Part shown: positions 26,515-38,838 of the stretch, one piece after another
Layout of the letters: every line of letters begins with the position of its first letter
Position numbering within the stretch: the stretch's first letter is position 1
Source: Lama glama
Lineage: Eukaryota
Length of the DNA: 64,000 nt
Reading direction: 5' to 3'
NCBI GenBank assembly: GCA_028534125.1
Contig: CM052816.1
Coordinates: forward strand, 73,658,001 to 73,722,000
Made by a program: the position numbers and the translations under genes
Notes under the pieces: generated by a model
Told to the model about the DNA's origin: nothing
Seen by the model: only the letters and a program-made list of their open reading frames with translations
Database searches by the model: none

Positions 26515-27379
26515 AAGAGTCAGGTACATAATTTTCAAAGCCCAGTACAAAATGAAAAGTTGGAAGTGTTCAAAAAGCCAGGGGAAAAGTGCCACTAAAA
26601 CGTAACAAAATGTTTTTTTTTTCTTTTGTGTTCTCTCAAATTGTATCACAGTGGCTTTTATTTGCTATTCAATATCATGCTCTCTGGAGCACAAGGATAG
26701 TATCTAGGCTAGCTCAGACTCTCGTAGCACCCAAGGGGACCCAGACCCACAATCCCTCAAGATTATACTGCCGGATTTCCCTCTTCTATCAGCTTCCCAA
26801 CCAACACGCTGTGCCCCAGGCTACTGTGGACAAGTCAGTCTGCCTTCTCACACTAGGCCTGTCAACCTAACCCATTGCATAAGAGTAATCTGAAGGAATT
26901 GCAATCTCTCTGTGAGGATGCACTAGGTATCTGGATTGGAGTTGGTCAGGAGGACCCCTGCACAGCGGCTCCCTAAATGTGGAGCTGCCAGATTGAGAAG
27001 AGTTAGGCACTTCCATTCCCCATGCCCAGGAACCACTTGCTGTACACTACCCCACCATGGCCTGATCCTCACCTCCCTCATACTCTTGCCCAGGCATCCA
27101 ATAAATGCAAGAGCAGCAGTAGTTACTAAACAGCGGTGAAGAAAAAGTGAAAGAGGGGGAAATGGGTGCCCAGGAGTGAGGGAGCAGATAGCCAGGACTG
27201 CGAGGCCCAGACTTGTGAGCTGAGATTTCATGCATGCTTCGGTGTCCCATTGGCCTTCATTTACAGAATACAAACTTAATGATAAAATCCAGAATTTCAA
27301 AATAACTGTAGAGAATTCAACTCTAAACGCTTCTGAACATGAGACTGGCACTAGTCATATGCCCACAAAATTGGCCCTA
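26515..27379 (-). mobile_element. hAT-Tip100 non-autonomous DNA transposon (MER45B/C-like)
   Basis: Left end TACATAATTTTCAAAGCCCAGTACAAAATGAAAA and right end GCCCACAAAATTGGCCCT match the reverse complement of the MER45 termini; ~865 bp with a GC-richer interior. Confidence 0.75.
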
Positions 27380-27599
27380 CCCACAGGTATATTTCCGGGA
27401 GTCAATGAAAAGCCAATACATGATTCTGGGGAACGCAGCAGGCCGAAAAAGGCTTTCCTCATAATAAAACAGAAAGACAAATGATAGGACCTATTTAAAA
27501 AAAAAAACTACAATCAAAGAAACAAAGGTAGATAGCATGCAAAAGTTAGATTGAAGTATTTTTGCCCGTAGAAAAAGGAGACATTTTGTATCACAACTG

Positions 27600-28075
27600 C
27601 ATAGTACTGTTAAAACTAGGTAAGAGATGACAAGTATAATACAAATTAAAATGTAATAATTAAAGATTTAAGTGAATGAGTAAAACAAGTGCAATTTTTA
27701 AGCCTTTAGAAAATAGAAAAACAGAAAAGTGAATGGGTGTCATAGATTCGGGGCCAAAGACTTGAGAAAAACAGTGAAAATGCAGAGAAAAGGAATAAAG
27801 AGATTAAAGTAAGAATAGATAACCTATATGAAAAATACTCAGTGGAGGTGAAACATGCAGATAGTTTTGTTCAATAGAACATAAAGAAGAAGAAATAAAA
27901 TAAATAGAAGAAAGTGTCACCTAACGTGCAGGAAACACTTAATGTACTGATCAGAGGGATTCAGTAGAATTTCTGATTCAGGATGACTGATGGAGTTCAC
28001 TCAAGCAGGATCCCACCAACATTCAAGAATATTATGAAATTTTTAGAAGCTATAAAGCAAATGAAACAAGATTGA
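27600..28075 (+). mobile_element. Very old L1/HAL1 ORF1-like fragment
   Basis: A-rich, purine-biased tract with GAAAATGCAGAGAAAAGGAATAAAGAGATTAAA and AAATAGAAGAAA, typical of decayed ORF1. Confidence 0.4.
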
Positions 28076-28389
28076 TGGAAAAATTGAAGAGAGTTGGGTA
28101 AATATGAGTGTTCTGAGCAGACAAAGATGCCAAGAGCAGTGGCAATAAGAACTAGGAGGAGAGAGGCTACAAAGTTTTGAGCTGGCAGAGTTTTTATAAC
28201 CAAGGAACTATGGAACAATTGTGCCCACGCCCCTGGGAATACCTAGCTCCGTATTCTTCCCCTCAGGACAAAATCTGCTAAACAGATCTCCAAATAAAAG
28301 GAGACACAAGAGACCTGATGCATTTTAAGATTTAGAAATAGATGATTTCTGGACATCTCACCTAATTATTCATGTATTCAGTAAAAACA

Positions 28390-28413
28390 TATATATATAT
28401 ATATATATATATA
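28390..28413. repeat. (TA)n microsatellite within an L2 3'-end remnant
   Basis: TA run read directly; flanked by ATTCATGTATTCAGTAAA and CTAGACACCATTCTGAGCACTGGG. Confidence 0.85.
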
Positions 28414-30004
28414 TGTATCTCCTAATATATACTAGACACCATTCTGAGCACTGGGCATGTAATATACCAAGAAAATACACTATAAAACATATATCTAAAC
28501 AAAATATCATTATCTAAAGCAAATACTTTGTATTAGACTTCTCATAAGTGATCATATTGAGCAAATAAAAGTAAGATTAAAATTTTAATAGCAAAATCAA
28601 TAGGTTTGATTTTTTTCCTGTTTCTTTTGTATATATTTTAAATAGTATATATTTTAAATAGTTCTAATTTTTGCTACAAACAATTCATAAATGCATTATT
28701 TTTCAATTTTAAATAAAAGATTATAGAGTCAGACTTCTTAATTCCCAATTAACTGCAAAGTTAATTACTATTAAAATATTGCTGTGTATCCTTCTCTCAT
28801 TTCAAAGCATTAACACACATATGTGTACTTACTATACATACATAAATTTTCCCAGAATGTATCATTAAAAGAGCAGGTGATAGAAAATATGAGAGAAAAT
28901 ACAATACTGTCTAAGTCTAGAATTCCCAGGGAAGAATGGAGGGGAAGAAATAATTAAGCAAACAACTGAATAAATGTACAATCACTGAGTCTTCCTGTTG
29001 AAAAGACCATTGAGAACCAGGCAAAATGTGATCCACATCTAGCCAGATTAAAAGTGGTTGAGGTGTAAAACACCAAGAGATAAAAGAAATTCCCCAAAAG
29101 ATAACTATAACTACTCACAAACCTGTAAGCAAAGAAAATGGATAATGTTGTGTGTTTCCTCTGGTTTCATTTACAAAGAGATGGAGAATTCAATTCTAAG
29201 GCACTTTTATTTTGTTTCATTTTTGTGCACTTTTAAGGTCACAATTAAACTAGAGCAAATATTTTAACTAACTAAATATTTGGCTTTACATTTTCCCCGT
29301 GGGACACCATAAGGAGAATGCAATTTGTTTCATAACGATGCAGAGAGATACCAATTACCTAAGAATATATAGATGCCTACAAAAATGAGAATTTATTACA
29401 CTTAATTTATCTAGAAATGAAGGAAATATAGTTAGTTTGAATGACTACCAGAAAAAAAAACATTTTAATTGGAGAAAATTGTGTAATACTACGAAGTCAG
29501 CATTGAGTACAGAATGATCAAGAGGGCTATTAAAGTTATTTGGCCCACCAATGTCTCTTAGAAGTCTCTATTAGCAATAGAGACTACAACTGGAAGCCAG
29601 GGGACACTGTAGTTTAGCTAAAAAGGAACAGATGGATCTGTAGTGTGAAGTTCCTAGAAATGGAAGAGTTTATTTCATGATCATGTTGACCACAACACAA
29701 GACCAATAACTCTGTAGGAATGAGTTAGCATAATCAGACAAAAAGAAAGCTGTTCATAGCCATGAGTGAAAAGTACTGTCTGAAGACTTACCTTTTGTTT
29801 TACAAACATTGCCCAAAAGAATCACCCTTATATATAGACTACACAACCGTATCTTCAAATGAATCTTTAAGATTCGTTTGTCTAATATTTTGCTCCAGAC
29901 AGGTGACTATCTAAGGCATTCATGAGCACAGAGTATCCTTTAAGCATTCACAAAATAAATATTTCAGATCCCTTAATACCGTGTTCCAGTTACTAGCATC
30001 AGAA

Positions 30005-30480
30005 TTATCAAACCACACAATCTCAGAGTTGGAAAAGACCCTTGATGTTCTATAATCCACCCTCAATTGGATGTACAAATTTCATCAGCATCACCTGGCC
30101 AAGTTTCCAGCTTCTGCATAAGTGAAAGTGTCCACTCATTTAAGGCCATTCTGTCAAGACAATCTTTCCCTTTCTTTGACAATTCAAATCAATAAAAATC
30201 TCTTCTTTGTATGCACTCAAATCAAACTTTTTATAATTCTCACCTTTTTGTTGTATCTCTCCTCCATGGAAAACATTCAAGCAAGTGAAAATGAACATCA
30301 AAAGTTACTTCTCTAGGCTAATCAATTCTGTTCCCTCAACTGTTCAAAAGAGAAGATGCCATGTTCCCTGCCCATCTTCATTGCCCTCTGTGCCCACTCC
30401 AACTCTAACACAGTTTTCTTGGAGTTGTTTGAGGCAGCCAGATCAGGATGATTACCTCACTTATTTTTGGTTACATACCC
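30005..30480 (-). mobile_element. CR1/L3 LINE 3' fragment
   Basis: AATCTCAGAGTTGGAAAAGACCCTTGATGTTCTATAATCCACCC...CCAGCTTCTGCAT resembles the antisense CR1/L3 3' end. Confidence 0.5.
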
Positions 30481-33369
30481 AAAATAAAATAATCAAAGAC
30501 TACGATAGCATTCTAGTAATTAAGATCCCTATCCCTTGGAAGAAGGTTTTGTGCTCCAGATTAAGAACAGGCTAATCGAGCCATGGCCATTGTATGCTTT
30601 CTAAGAGAAAAGATCTAGTTACAAGAGAAGCAGGAATAACAGTGGCATAAAAGGAGAGAAACCAATTCAACCAAGATGGGATGACAGATTTCTTGACTTT
30701 TTCCAAGATTCGCCACCTTTCCTTGAGTTCTAGGTAAAGTGACAAGCTAAACATAGAAACATGGGCACTCCAGGATTGTCCTGTCTATGTGAAAAAAGAT
30801 CAGCAGCTTCTAGAGGGTGAATTGTTTTTCAGTCTGCCATTACCCAGAAAGGCTCAGTATTTCTGCAGTGTCACACTTAGGTTTAACAAACATATACTAT
30901 ACCTTTTAGGATAATTCCCAACAGAGTTATTTTGACTTGAACTTTTGTCCCATAATTAAAATATTTCTGTGACTGTTAAGAAAGGGGAATATATAACTGG
31001 CAACAATTCATGAATATAAGTACATGGAAATATTTATGAAAACATAATGAGGTATATACAATATTACAGTAATATCTGCCCAATTTTCCAACATAATTTA
31101 AAATATTGCCTAGTTTAAAAAGCCTAAAAACAAGAACACTGACCTCAGCTAATTCCAAAGCTGAAGAGAATAGTTTAAACATGCAAACACACATAAAAAG
31201 CCACGCAAATATCCTTACTGTGTCAATAGGTTTTAGCCTATTTCTGCTGCCTACTACTATGAAAATGAACCCTAAATAATCTCCCCAAAGAGACTTTCAC
31301 TGACAAAGCTTCATTCCCACTGGTGAGCTTCTTACTGGCCATTGATCACATTAGTAGCAGCAGACAATCCAAGCTCATCAGGTAGATGTTGACCCCTAGA
31401 AGTTTTCCTTGGGATCCTATTGCTGGGACAGCTGCCACAGCCATAGATGCTTTACCATCTCTGAGCAGGTGCTAGATTGCTTTGCCCTTCTTAGTAGCAT
31501 TATCTCTGGGATCCAGCCTCATTAAGAGTAGTGGGAGTAGAAACAAGTCACTCAGACAGGACCATCAATTCAGCCAATATTCTACAAAAGATCTTAGGAA
31601 TTTTGATACCAAAGAATGGCATGATCCCTGAATTTGCTTTAAAAGCCACCTCTCTCTCTCTCTCAAGTCTTAATGAAAAGTTCAATTCTCAGTCCTCATG
31701 GTGATAATCTTGATCATCTCTAAAAATGTCCATTCTTAAAATGTTATGTTCATTCTTTCCCTCCCTCCTTCCCCAGTATTTAGAAGGGATCTCCATAAAT
31801 TAATTTTATGAAACCTCAGAAATCTTCAGAAAATAAACAAATTCTATAATGATGTATTTACTATAATGTATCCCTGGAATAAAAATATCAACATAAAATG
31901 TATTGAACTCTGTAATATCAGGAAAAAGACCTGGTACAAGGACATGCTTTCCTCAAAGACACATGGTCAATATGTTGCAACAGGCAAAACAAACACTTAA
32001 AAATAAAAATATTGAGAGGCTCAATTTGGGAAATAAGAAAAAAAAACATTTTCTTACCCTTGTATAAAACCATGATGCAGATTCACCAAGATTATCATGT
32101 ACTGATCACCATGTACTGGTCTTAAACCCTGCTTTCTACATAGGTGCTGTTCTAAATGCTTTGAATACTTCCCTTTGTAGTCTAATCAGAAATATGGCCC
32201 CCAATTCCCAGTCCAACAAGATATTAATGCAATGCTTCAGAAAAAGTAGAAAACAAGGAAGTATCATTCTCCTAAAATACTCTATTCTCTGGTAATCTTA
32301 CTTCCTTGTGTCCCTGCCCATTAGGCGTATCAACTAATTCTGCAATTGCAACCAGTGGTAGCAAATGGGAACAAGAAATCTAGAACTTCCCATACAGACT
32401 GAAATCCAGTCATTAGCTACCTGCATGACTCCTCCTTGCTTACTAGCACTTGGAGAAAACACTGTATCATAAACTTGACTGACCAGACAATACAAGGCAA
32501 GGAATCATTTCTGGTTGCTGCCTTCTAGGTCTACAAAAACTATAATCCAACCGCCCCAAAATATATTGTTTAGGTAGTTGGAGTCTGGTACTATAAATAC
32601 ATCAGTTCAACATTATCTCTATGTCTGAACACTCCTTTCTAGATGTAATAAAGGAATTTGATGGACTAATTGATAACAGTGAGGCAAATATCATACTGTG
32701 GATAATTAGGCATGACAAGACAGTGGTTGAAACCATCATAAGCTAGCGCCATCTTGATTGACTCAATGTACTTTGACTACATAGTAGGTATCCTTTAAGA
32801 ATTAATTAACCTCTGATTTAAATCACAGGTATTTGAGATTGTTATATTAGCTCCCTGAAAATGAATTCAGGCAGGTTAGAAGGCAGATGTTTCATTGAAC
32901 ACCAAGATTTGGCTTGAATTCCCTACCACCAAGGCCACAAATGCAGGCACATCACCACATACAAAAAAGACATAATAGGACAGGAAAGTATCTCCAATGT
33001 TGTTTAAAAAGATAAAGAGTATGGGAAGAACATTACATAAGGAAGAGCAAAGAGGATAATTACTTGTTGAGGGCCATACTTAATCAATAAAAAGAGCTTC
33101 ATTTTTTTCTTTGGAATAATAAAGTTGATGAAGGAAGAATCAAAATCTTCACACTACTAAATAAATTAATAGATAGAAATACTTATTTACCAATTTCAAC
33201 ATTCTAAAACTGGAACTGGAGACAAAGAAGATAAATGGAAGGTGTATGCAGGCCCTTGAAAATTAAAAAGTGTGAGTCAATTTGAAATTTGTTGTTGTTT
33301 GGCAAAAAAGTTTTAGAAACCAGTATTTTATACATATATATTCACTAAACAAATGAGAGAAAAGAAAAA

Positions 33370-33470
33370 TCTGTTTTACTCATTGCTGTTTTCCAGTATT
33401 TTGGACAGTGCCTAGAACTTACTAGACTCAATAAATACTTGTGAAATGAGTAATAAAATAATCAATGACT
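33370..33470 (+). mobile_element. L2 3' end
   Basis: CTGTTTTACTCATTGCTG...ACAGTGCCTAGAAC...CTCAATAAATACTTGTGAAATGA. Confidence 0.7.
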
Positions 33471-33865
33471 AATTAATTTTTTAAATAAATTCAGAAACAA
33501 CAAAGCTTTGCTGAATACAAAAAGCAAATTTGGATATATTTCAGCAACTGACAATGTACCTTAGTATACAGGAAGACCCCTGGAATGGGAAAACACTGAA
33601 ATGTTCACCATTTCCTACCTGGAAAATCATGCAAACATCTAACCACTAGAGAATATCATATAGATTTCACATTGGGATGGAAGCATTTTATTTTGGATAC
33701 CCATCATTCACTGAAGGTTGGTCATTGGCACATTTATGATAAAATGTAAGTCCTATCATCTTATATATATATATACTTATATACTTTAGGATGTACTATA
33801 CCTCCACACACTCTTGCACATCTCCTCCCTTAAGAACACGATGCTGTTAGAAAAGCATCTTTCTA

Positions 33866-34045
33866 CTAGAAAGAGCACTGAACATACAGTAGAAGAATCT
33901 GAATCTGAATTAAAATTCTAACTATGCCACTTGCAATATGCTCTTGGACAAATTAACCCTTCAACTGCTCTGAATGACAGTTATCTTTTTGCAAAATAAA
34001 CTGTGAGAATTAAATGAATTTGCACATGTATGTGAAAGCATCTAG
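33866..34045 (+). mobile_element. MIR SINE remnant
   Basis: GAAAGAGCACTGAAC...TGCCACTT...CTTGGACAAATT...TGTGAGAATTAAATGA...ATGTGAAAGCA. Confidence 0.65.
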
Positions 34046-34284
34046 TCTTCCTTCTTTCCTCCCAAATACATCATTTTATGGCTCCTTCTTTCTATGTATA
34101 TCTTGTGATGTCCCCTGTCACCCCAGAGTCAACCATTCAAATATGTCTCACTCAGTACTCAGAAGCTGCTACCTCTTAATGATTCATTGTGTATGTTAAT
34201 AAAAAAAATTATGACTTAATTGGTATCAAAGTGTCTTATGACTGAGAGCACCAATATATTGGCCTGCTTCTATTCTATATCCTT

Positions 34285-34700
34285 TGAAAATGCAAGTCTA
34301 ATCATGTGGCACCCTTGATGAAAGTTCTTCAATTGTTCCCCATTTCCCTTAGGGTAAATAGACCCCTGGGGTTCCCTGGTGCCTGTCTGCCTCTTCAGCC
34401 TCCTCTTAAGCTGTATGCCCAAGTGACCACTCTGATTCACCAATACAGAATCTGAGTCCCTTGGTTAATTTCCACTCATGTTTTGTGTCTCTGTCTGGAT
34501 ATTTCTTCCCAGGAGGCCTTCTTAATCCTTAGATGGTTCCTCTACTACCCATTCCTATAGCACTGCAGATGTTCTTTTGTTTCGCTTCTAGTGTTTGTTA
34601 ATATAGTGAAAATATCTGACTTCCTAAGAACAGGAATTGGGTGCCTTAATCCAAAAAATGTTGCTATCTCCACATAACTTTGATCACAATCAGTAGATTG
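34285..34700 (+). mobile_element. L2 fragment
   Basis: GAAAATGCAAGTCTAATCATGT...CTTCAATTGTTCCCCATTTCCCTTAGGGTAAA...CTTCCCAGGAGGCCTTC. Confidence 0.55.
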
Positions 34701-37599
34701 AAGTTTAAATATACAGGAAAAGATGCTAGGCAGTCTGACGGAAGATTCATCCTCATTCCACCTGAAAGTCAGTTCCATGAGACTCCCCATCCTGTCTGAA
34801 TGGACTGAAATATTCATCTGAATTAGATACAAAGGTAAGGTACATTATCTCAAGCAAGTAGGAAATTTTATTCAATAAATATTTTTGGACAACTACAACA
34901 TATTATACTTAGCTCTCTCCCCATGGAAAAAAATTTTAATACTATTTTTAAAATACATTCTCCTAGAGTGTGTATTTTAAAGAGAACACATTAGGAGTGT
35001 GCCTATACTCCAGCCTTCTCTCCTTAGCACAACAATCAAAGAGAATGGCACCATAGTTGCCCACGTGTCCCTGGAGAAGGACTAGGCCAGGAGGGATCAA
35101 CATCAGAGAACAGAACAGCATGAAGCCAGCAGAACTGGCCAAATGAAAACGAAGACCTGGTCCATTAAGGGTATTAGACCAGGGAGACCAAACCTAGGTG
35201 ATGAGTCTAGAAGACTAAAAAGGAATAGTCAGTGATAAAATAGTATGAATATATCTGAGGGGAGATAAGATTACTGGAAGAACAGTTCCTCTATGTGCTA
35301 CTTCTGCCTAGAGTAAGACATATTTAAACTAATAAGTATTCAGTCTTCATTAAGACCACTATCATTACAACTGCTATCTCTGGAGAAGGTATCAACTCCC
35401 CCGGTGACTACTGTACAGGTAGAGAAAGTGAAACTCATAGAGCAGTGAATGTAGATTAAGCCTGAAGATGCTCAGAAAATAAAATCACATTTATTCTGGT
35501 ACATCCTTTTTTCTTAAGCATAAATTTTGACATCTTAAAAAGGACTTTGAGGCTCCCCAAGAAGACAGAAAAATATAAAGACAGATGGTCTGGAAAAATT
35601 TTAAACACTGATTGTATGACCAGTTGAAGGAACAGACAAAAATCTTAAGTAGGTGACACCTAACAACCTAATGAAGCTTTAACTTTTCCACTATTTACAG
35701 CAAAGGAACCCTGAAAGTGAATTATTAGAAAACTTTTTCCAACAAATGTACAACACATGCCAGTGCATAGATGCATAATAAACTTGTAAGAAACCATGTT
35801 GACAGTTTCATTGCCTTTGGTAAGACCCTACAAATTCTTGGATGTGTTAGAGTAAACACTCCAGTTTGACTTTTTCCCTTTTTTCATCCCAAGATTCTTG
35901 ATTGGAGCAGTGAAGGAGTGGTGATGTAAGTTAAGAGAAGGTATTTTCTCTTTTAATATTAAATAACTCTTTAGGGGAAATTATGCAGACAAAATAATTA
36001 TTTATGAATTATACACAACTTCTGTTGAATCCAGAAACGTTGCTCTTCAGTTGCTGTGATTTTTATTGTAGCAGAAAGTTGTTTTCTCTTCTCAAAAGTG
36101 TTAAAATTGTTTATCAAACGCATCTGCTGTCTCATATTCTATATCAACAATAACAAACTTTGTTTATAAACTATTACACATAGCACACATTGGAAATTTT
36201 TAACATGTTGGAAAGATCTAATAAGTATAATCAGAGAGCCAGAAGTATTTTTTATAACTTAGCTCTTTATCAATAATCTTTCACAACCACAAGAGGAAAA
36301 GGATTATAGTAACCTAGAGAGCCACTTGATTGAATCTGATTCATACCTGGCTCTCTCTTCCACAACATTGTTTCAATATCCCAATCTCACTTAGTACAGG
36401 TAACTACTTTTAGAAAAGCTTGCGTAAAATCTTTGGTCTTTTGCACTAGCCCCTTTACCTCCTAATGCTGCCAAGCTTTAGAAGTAAAGTTGCAGAAATC
36501 TCTTTTCCAAGTAGCATAAGCATCGCCACCTCTTTTTTTAAAGATCCATGACTAATATATCCCAGGTCTGTTTAACCTACGCTGATTATACCAAGTCTCC
36601 TTTTGCCTTTCATTACAAGGAACAGTATTTCCACACGCTTCGCTGCTTTTGGGTTTTGTAGGCTCTTCTCCGCGTACTCCTCATTTGACCTCCTGGACAC
36701 TGACCAACCTATGTGGTTCTAGAGCTGCTGCTGGCAATCCAGGTGGTCCTGGATTCCAGCCTTCTCCCTCCTTTGTTAATTTATATGCCTACAACACCCC
36801 TGTAGGCCTTAAAAGGTTGACTTTGGCTGTAAGACAGGAAACATTGCATCCATGTGGAATCAGATGAAAAGGGAACCTTCTAACAAAGTACTAAACATAA
36901 ATCAAGGGGGGAAAAAAACAGAATGCTGTAGATTAGAGTCTTGGCAGGGTGCATTTTATGTTACACCAAAACACTCAAGTCTGAGGTTGAAATGTTTAGT
37001 TATCACTTCACTCAAGTTAGAGAAACTCATGCTCATTGGGCTTGATGGTTGGATTAAATGCCAGGTAAAAAAAAAAACTCAATTTATTCTATAACATAAA
37101 GAAATCTCCCTCTTTCTGGAGTTCACTTCTTCTGTTTGAGATAAATGAGATGTCCTTTGTACAACAGATGCATGCCAAATCACGCCAAATATACCTGTTT
37201 CCTCAAAGTGTTTTTAAGTGCAATCAACTATCAGTTAAAAATGATGAGAAAATTCACGGATAACAGTGTTATTTAACTCTATACATTTATGTTTTCTCAT
37301 GTTAACAAGGACCTCTAAAGTTTACTTTTATTTTAGTAAGCACATAAATGAACTATCAGTTAGATTTGCAAAAATGAAATTTCAATTTTGAAATGATTTT
37401 ATAAACAGATAACCAATATCCATCTTGTGGATTCTGTAACTCCTCATTCCTATACTGACAAATCACCAGATTTCATAGGTGAGGCAAAAGGGGTAATTGG
37501 TGATTTCCAGAACAAGCTGGCCCAGGGAATATATCAAATATTCCTCTCTTTTTTTGTCTATTCTATATAAGGAGGATAAGAAAATATTTTCAAGGAGTC

Positions 37600-37779
37600 C
37601 AGTGGTTCTCAATGCGTGTCCACAGGTCAGCAGCATCAGTATACCTAGGAGCTAGTTATAAATGCAAAAGCTTAGGCCCCAGCCTTATTGAATCAAATTT
37701 CAGGAGTTGGACTCAGAAATTTGTGTTTTATCAACTCCTTTACAAGATTCTGAGATACTTTCGAGTATAAGAACCACTT
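37600..37779. mobile_element. MER5A (hAT-Charlie MITE)
   Basis: CAGTGGTTCTCAA...CAGCAGCATCAG...AAATGCAAA...TGAATCA...AGAACCACT, with inverted termini and a length of ~180 bp. Confidence 0.85.
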
Positions 37780-37849
37780 GGATGGAGTCAGTACCTAGAG
37801 TTCTACCTCCCACCCCAAACTCTTCATCAAGAATGGGGTTTCCAATCTT

Positions 37850-38393
37850 TTGTCAACAGGTTGCTTCCATATCTTGGCTATTTAACTATTGGGGTGCATG
37901 TATCTTTTCAACTTAGAGTTTCCTTCAGATATATGCCCAGGAGTGGGATTGCTGGATCATATGGTAAGACTATTTTTAGTTGGTAAGGAATTTCCATACA
38001 GTTTTCCATAATGGCTGCATCAAACTGCATTCCCAGGAACAGTGTAGGAGGGTTCCCTTTTCTCCACACCCTCTCCAGCATTTGCCATTTGTGGATGTTT
38101 TAATGATGGCCATTCTGACTGGTGTGAGGTAATACCTCATTTTAGTTTTGATTTACATTTCTCTGATAATTAGCGATGTTGAGCATTGTTTCATGTGCCT
38201 ATTGGCCTTTTATATGTCTTCATTGGAGAAATGGTTGTTTAGGTCTTCTGCACATTTTTTGATTAGGTTGTTTATTTTTTTCTTATTGAGTTGTATGAGC
38301 TGTTTATATACTCTGTAAATTAAGCCCTCATCAGTCACATTATTTGCAAATATTTTCTCCCATTCTGTAGGCTGTCTTTTTGTTTTGCTTAGT
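37850..38393 (-). mobile_element. L1 inverted segment (ORF2 end) of a 5'-inverted insertion
   Basis: Antisense L1: GGTTGCTTCCATATCTTGGCTATT...CCCAGGAGTGGGATTGCTGGATCATATGGT...TTTGCAAATATTTTCTCCCATTCTGTAGG. Confidence 0.9.
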
Positions 38394-38693
38394 TTCCAGG
38401 AGATTGGATAAAGATGTGGTATACATTTGGTGGAATACTACTCAGCCATTAAAAAGAATAAAATAATGTCATTTGCAGCAATATGGATGGACCTAAAAAT
38501 TGTCATTCTAAGTGAAGTAAGCCAGCAAGAGAAAGAAAAATACCATGTGATATCACTTATATGAGGAATCCAATAAAAAAAAAAGGACAACAATGAACTT
38601 ACCTTCAAAACAGAAACAGACTCATAGACACAGACAACAAACTTATAGCTACCAGGGGTTAGAAAGGGATAAATTGGGAGTTTGAAATTTGCA
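38394..38693 (+). mobile_element. L1 sense segment (ORF2 end / 3' UTR) of the same insertion
   Basis: GATTGGATAAAGATGTGGTATA...GGAATACTACTCAGCCATT...GGGATAAATTGGGAGTTTGAAATTTGCA; colinear with the copy at 57030-57327. Confidence 0.9.
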
Positions 38694-38838
38694 CCTCTGA
38701 TAGAAATGTTAGCTATCTTCATTATGGTGGTGGTTTCATAGGTGTACACATCTATCAAAATTCATCAAATTGTACATCCAAAATATGTGCTGTTTACTGT
38801 ACAGTAATCATACCACAATAAAGTGTTTTCAAAAAAAG
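38694..38838 (+). mobile_element. Old L1MC/MD/ME-type 3' terminus
   Basis: TGATAGAAATGTT...GGTGGTGGTTTCATAGGTGTACACATCTATCAAAATTCATCAAATTGTACA...CAATAAAG plus A-tract; differs from the young L1 tails in this window. Confidence 0.7.

Noticed and set aside
26923..27351. 142-aa ORF and overlapping ORFs
   Set aside because: They lie in the GC-richer interior of a non-autonomous MER45-like element and show no transposase motifs.
29792..29910. Minus-strand exon ending at AAG|GTAAGT
   Set aside because: Good donor but weak acceptor, and stops interrupt the most coding-like frame.
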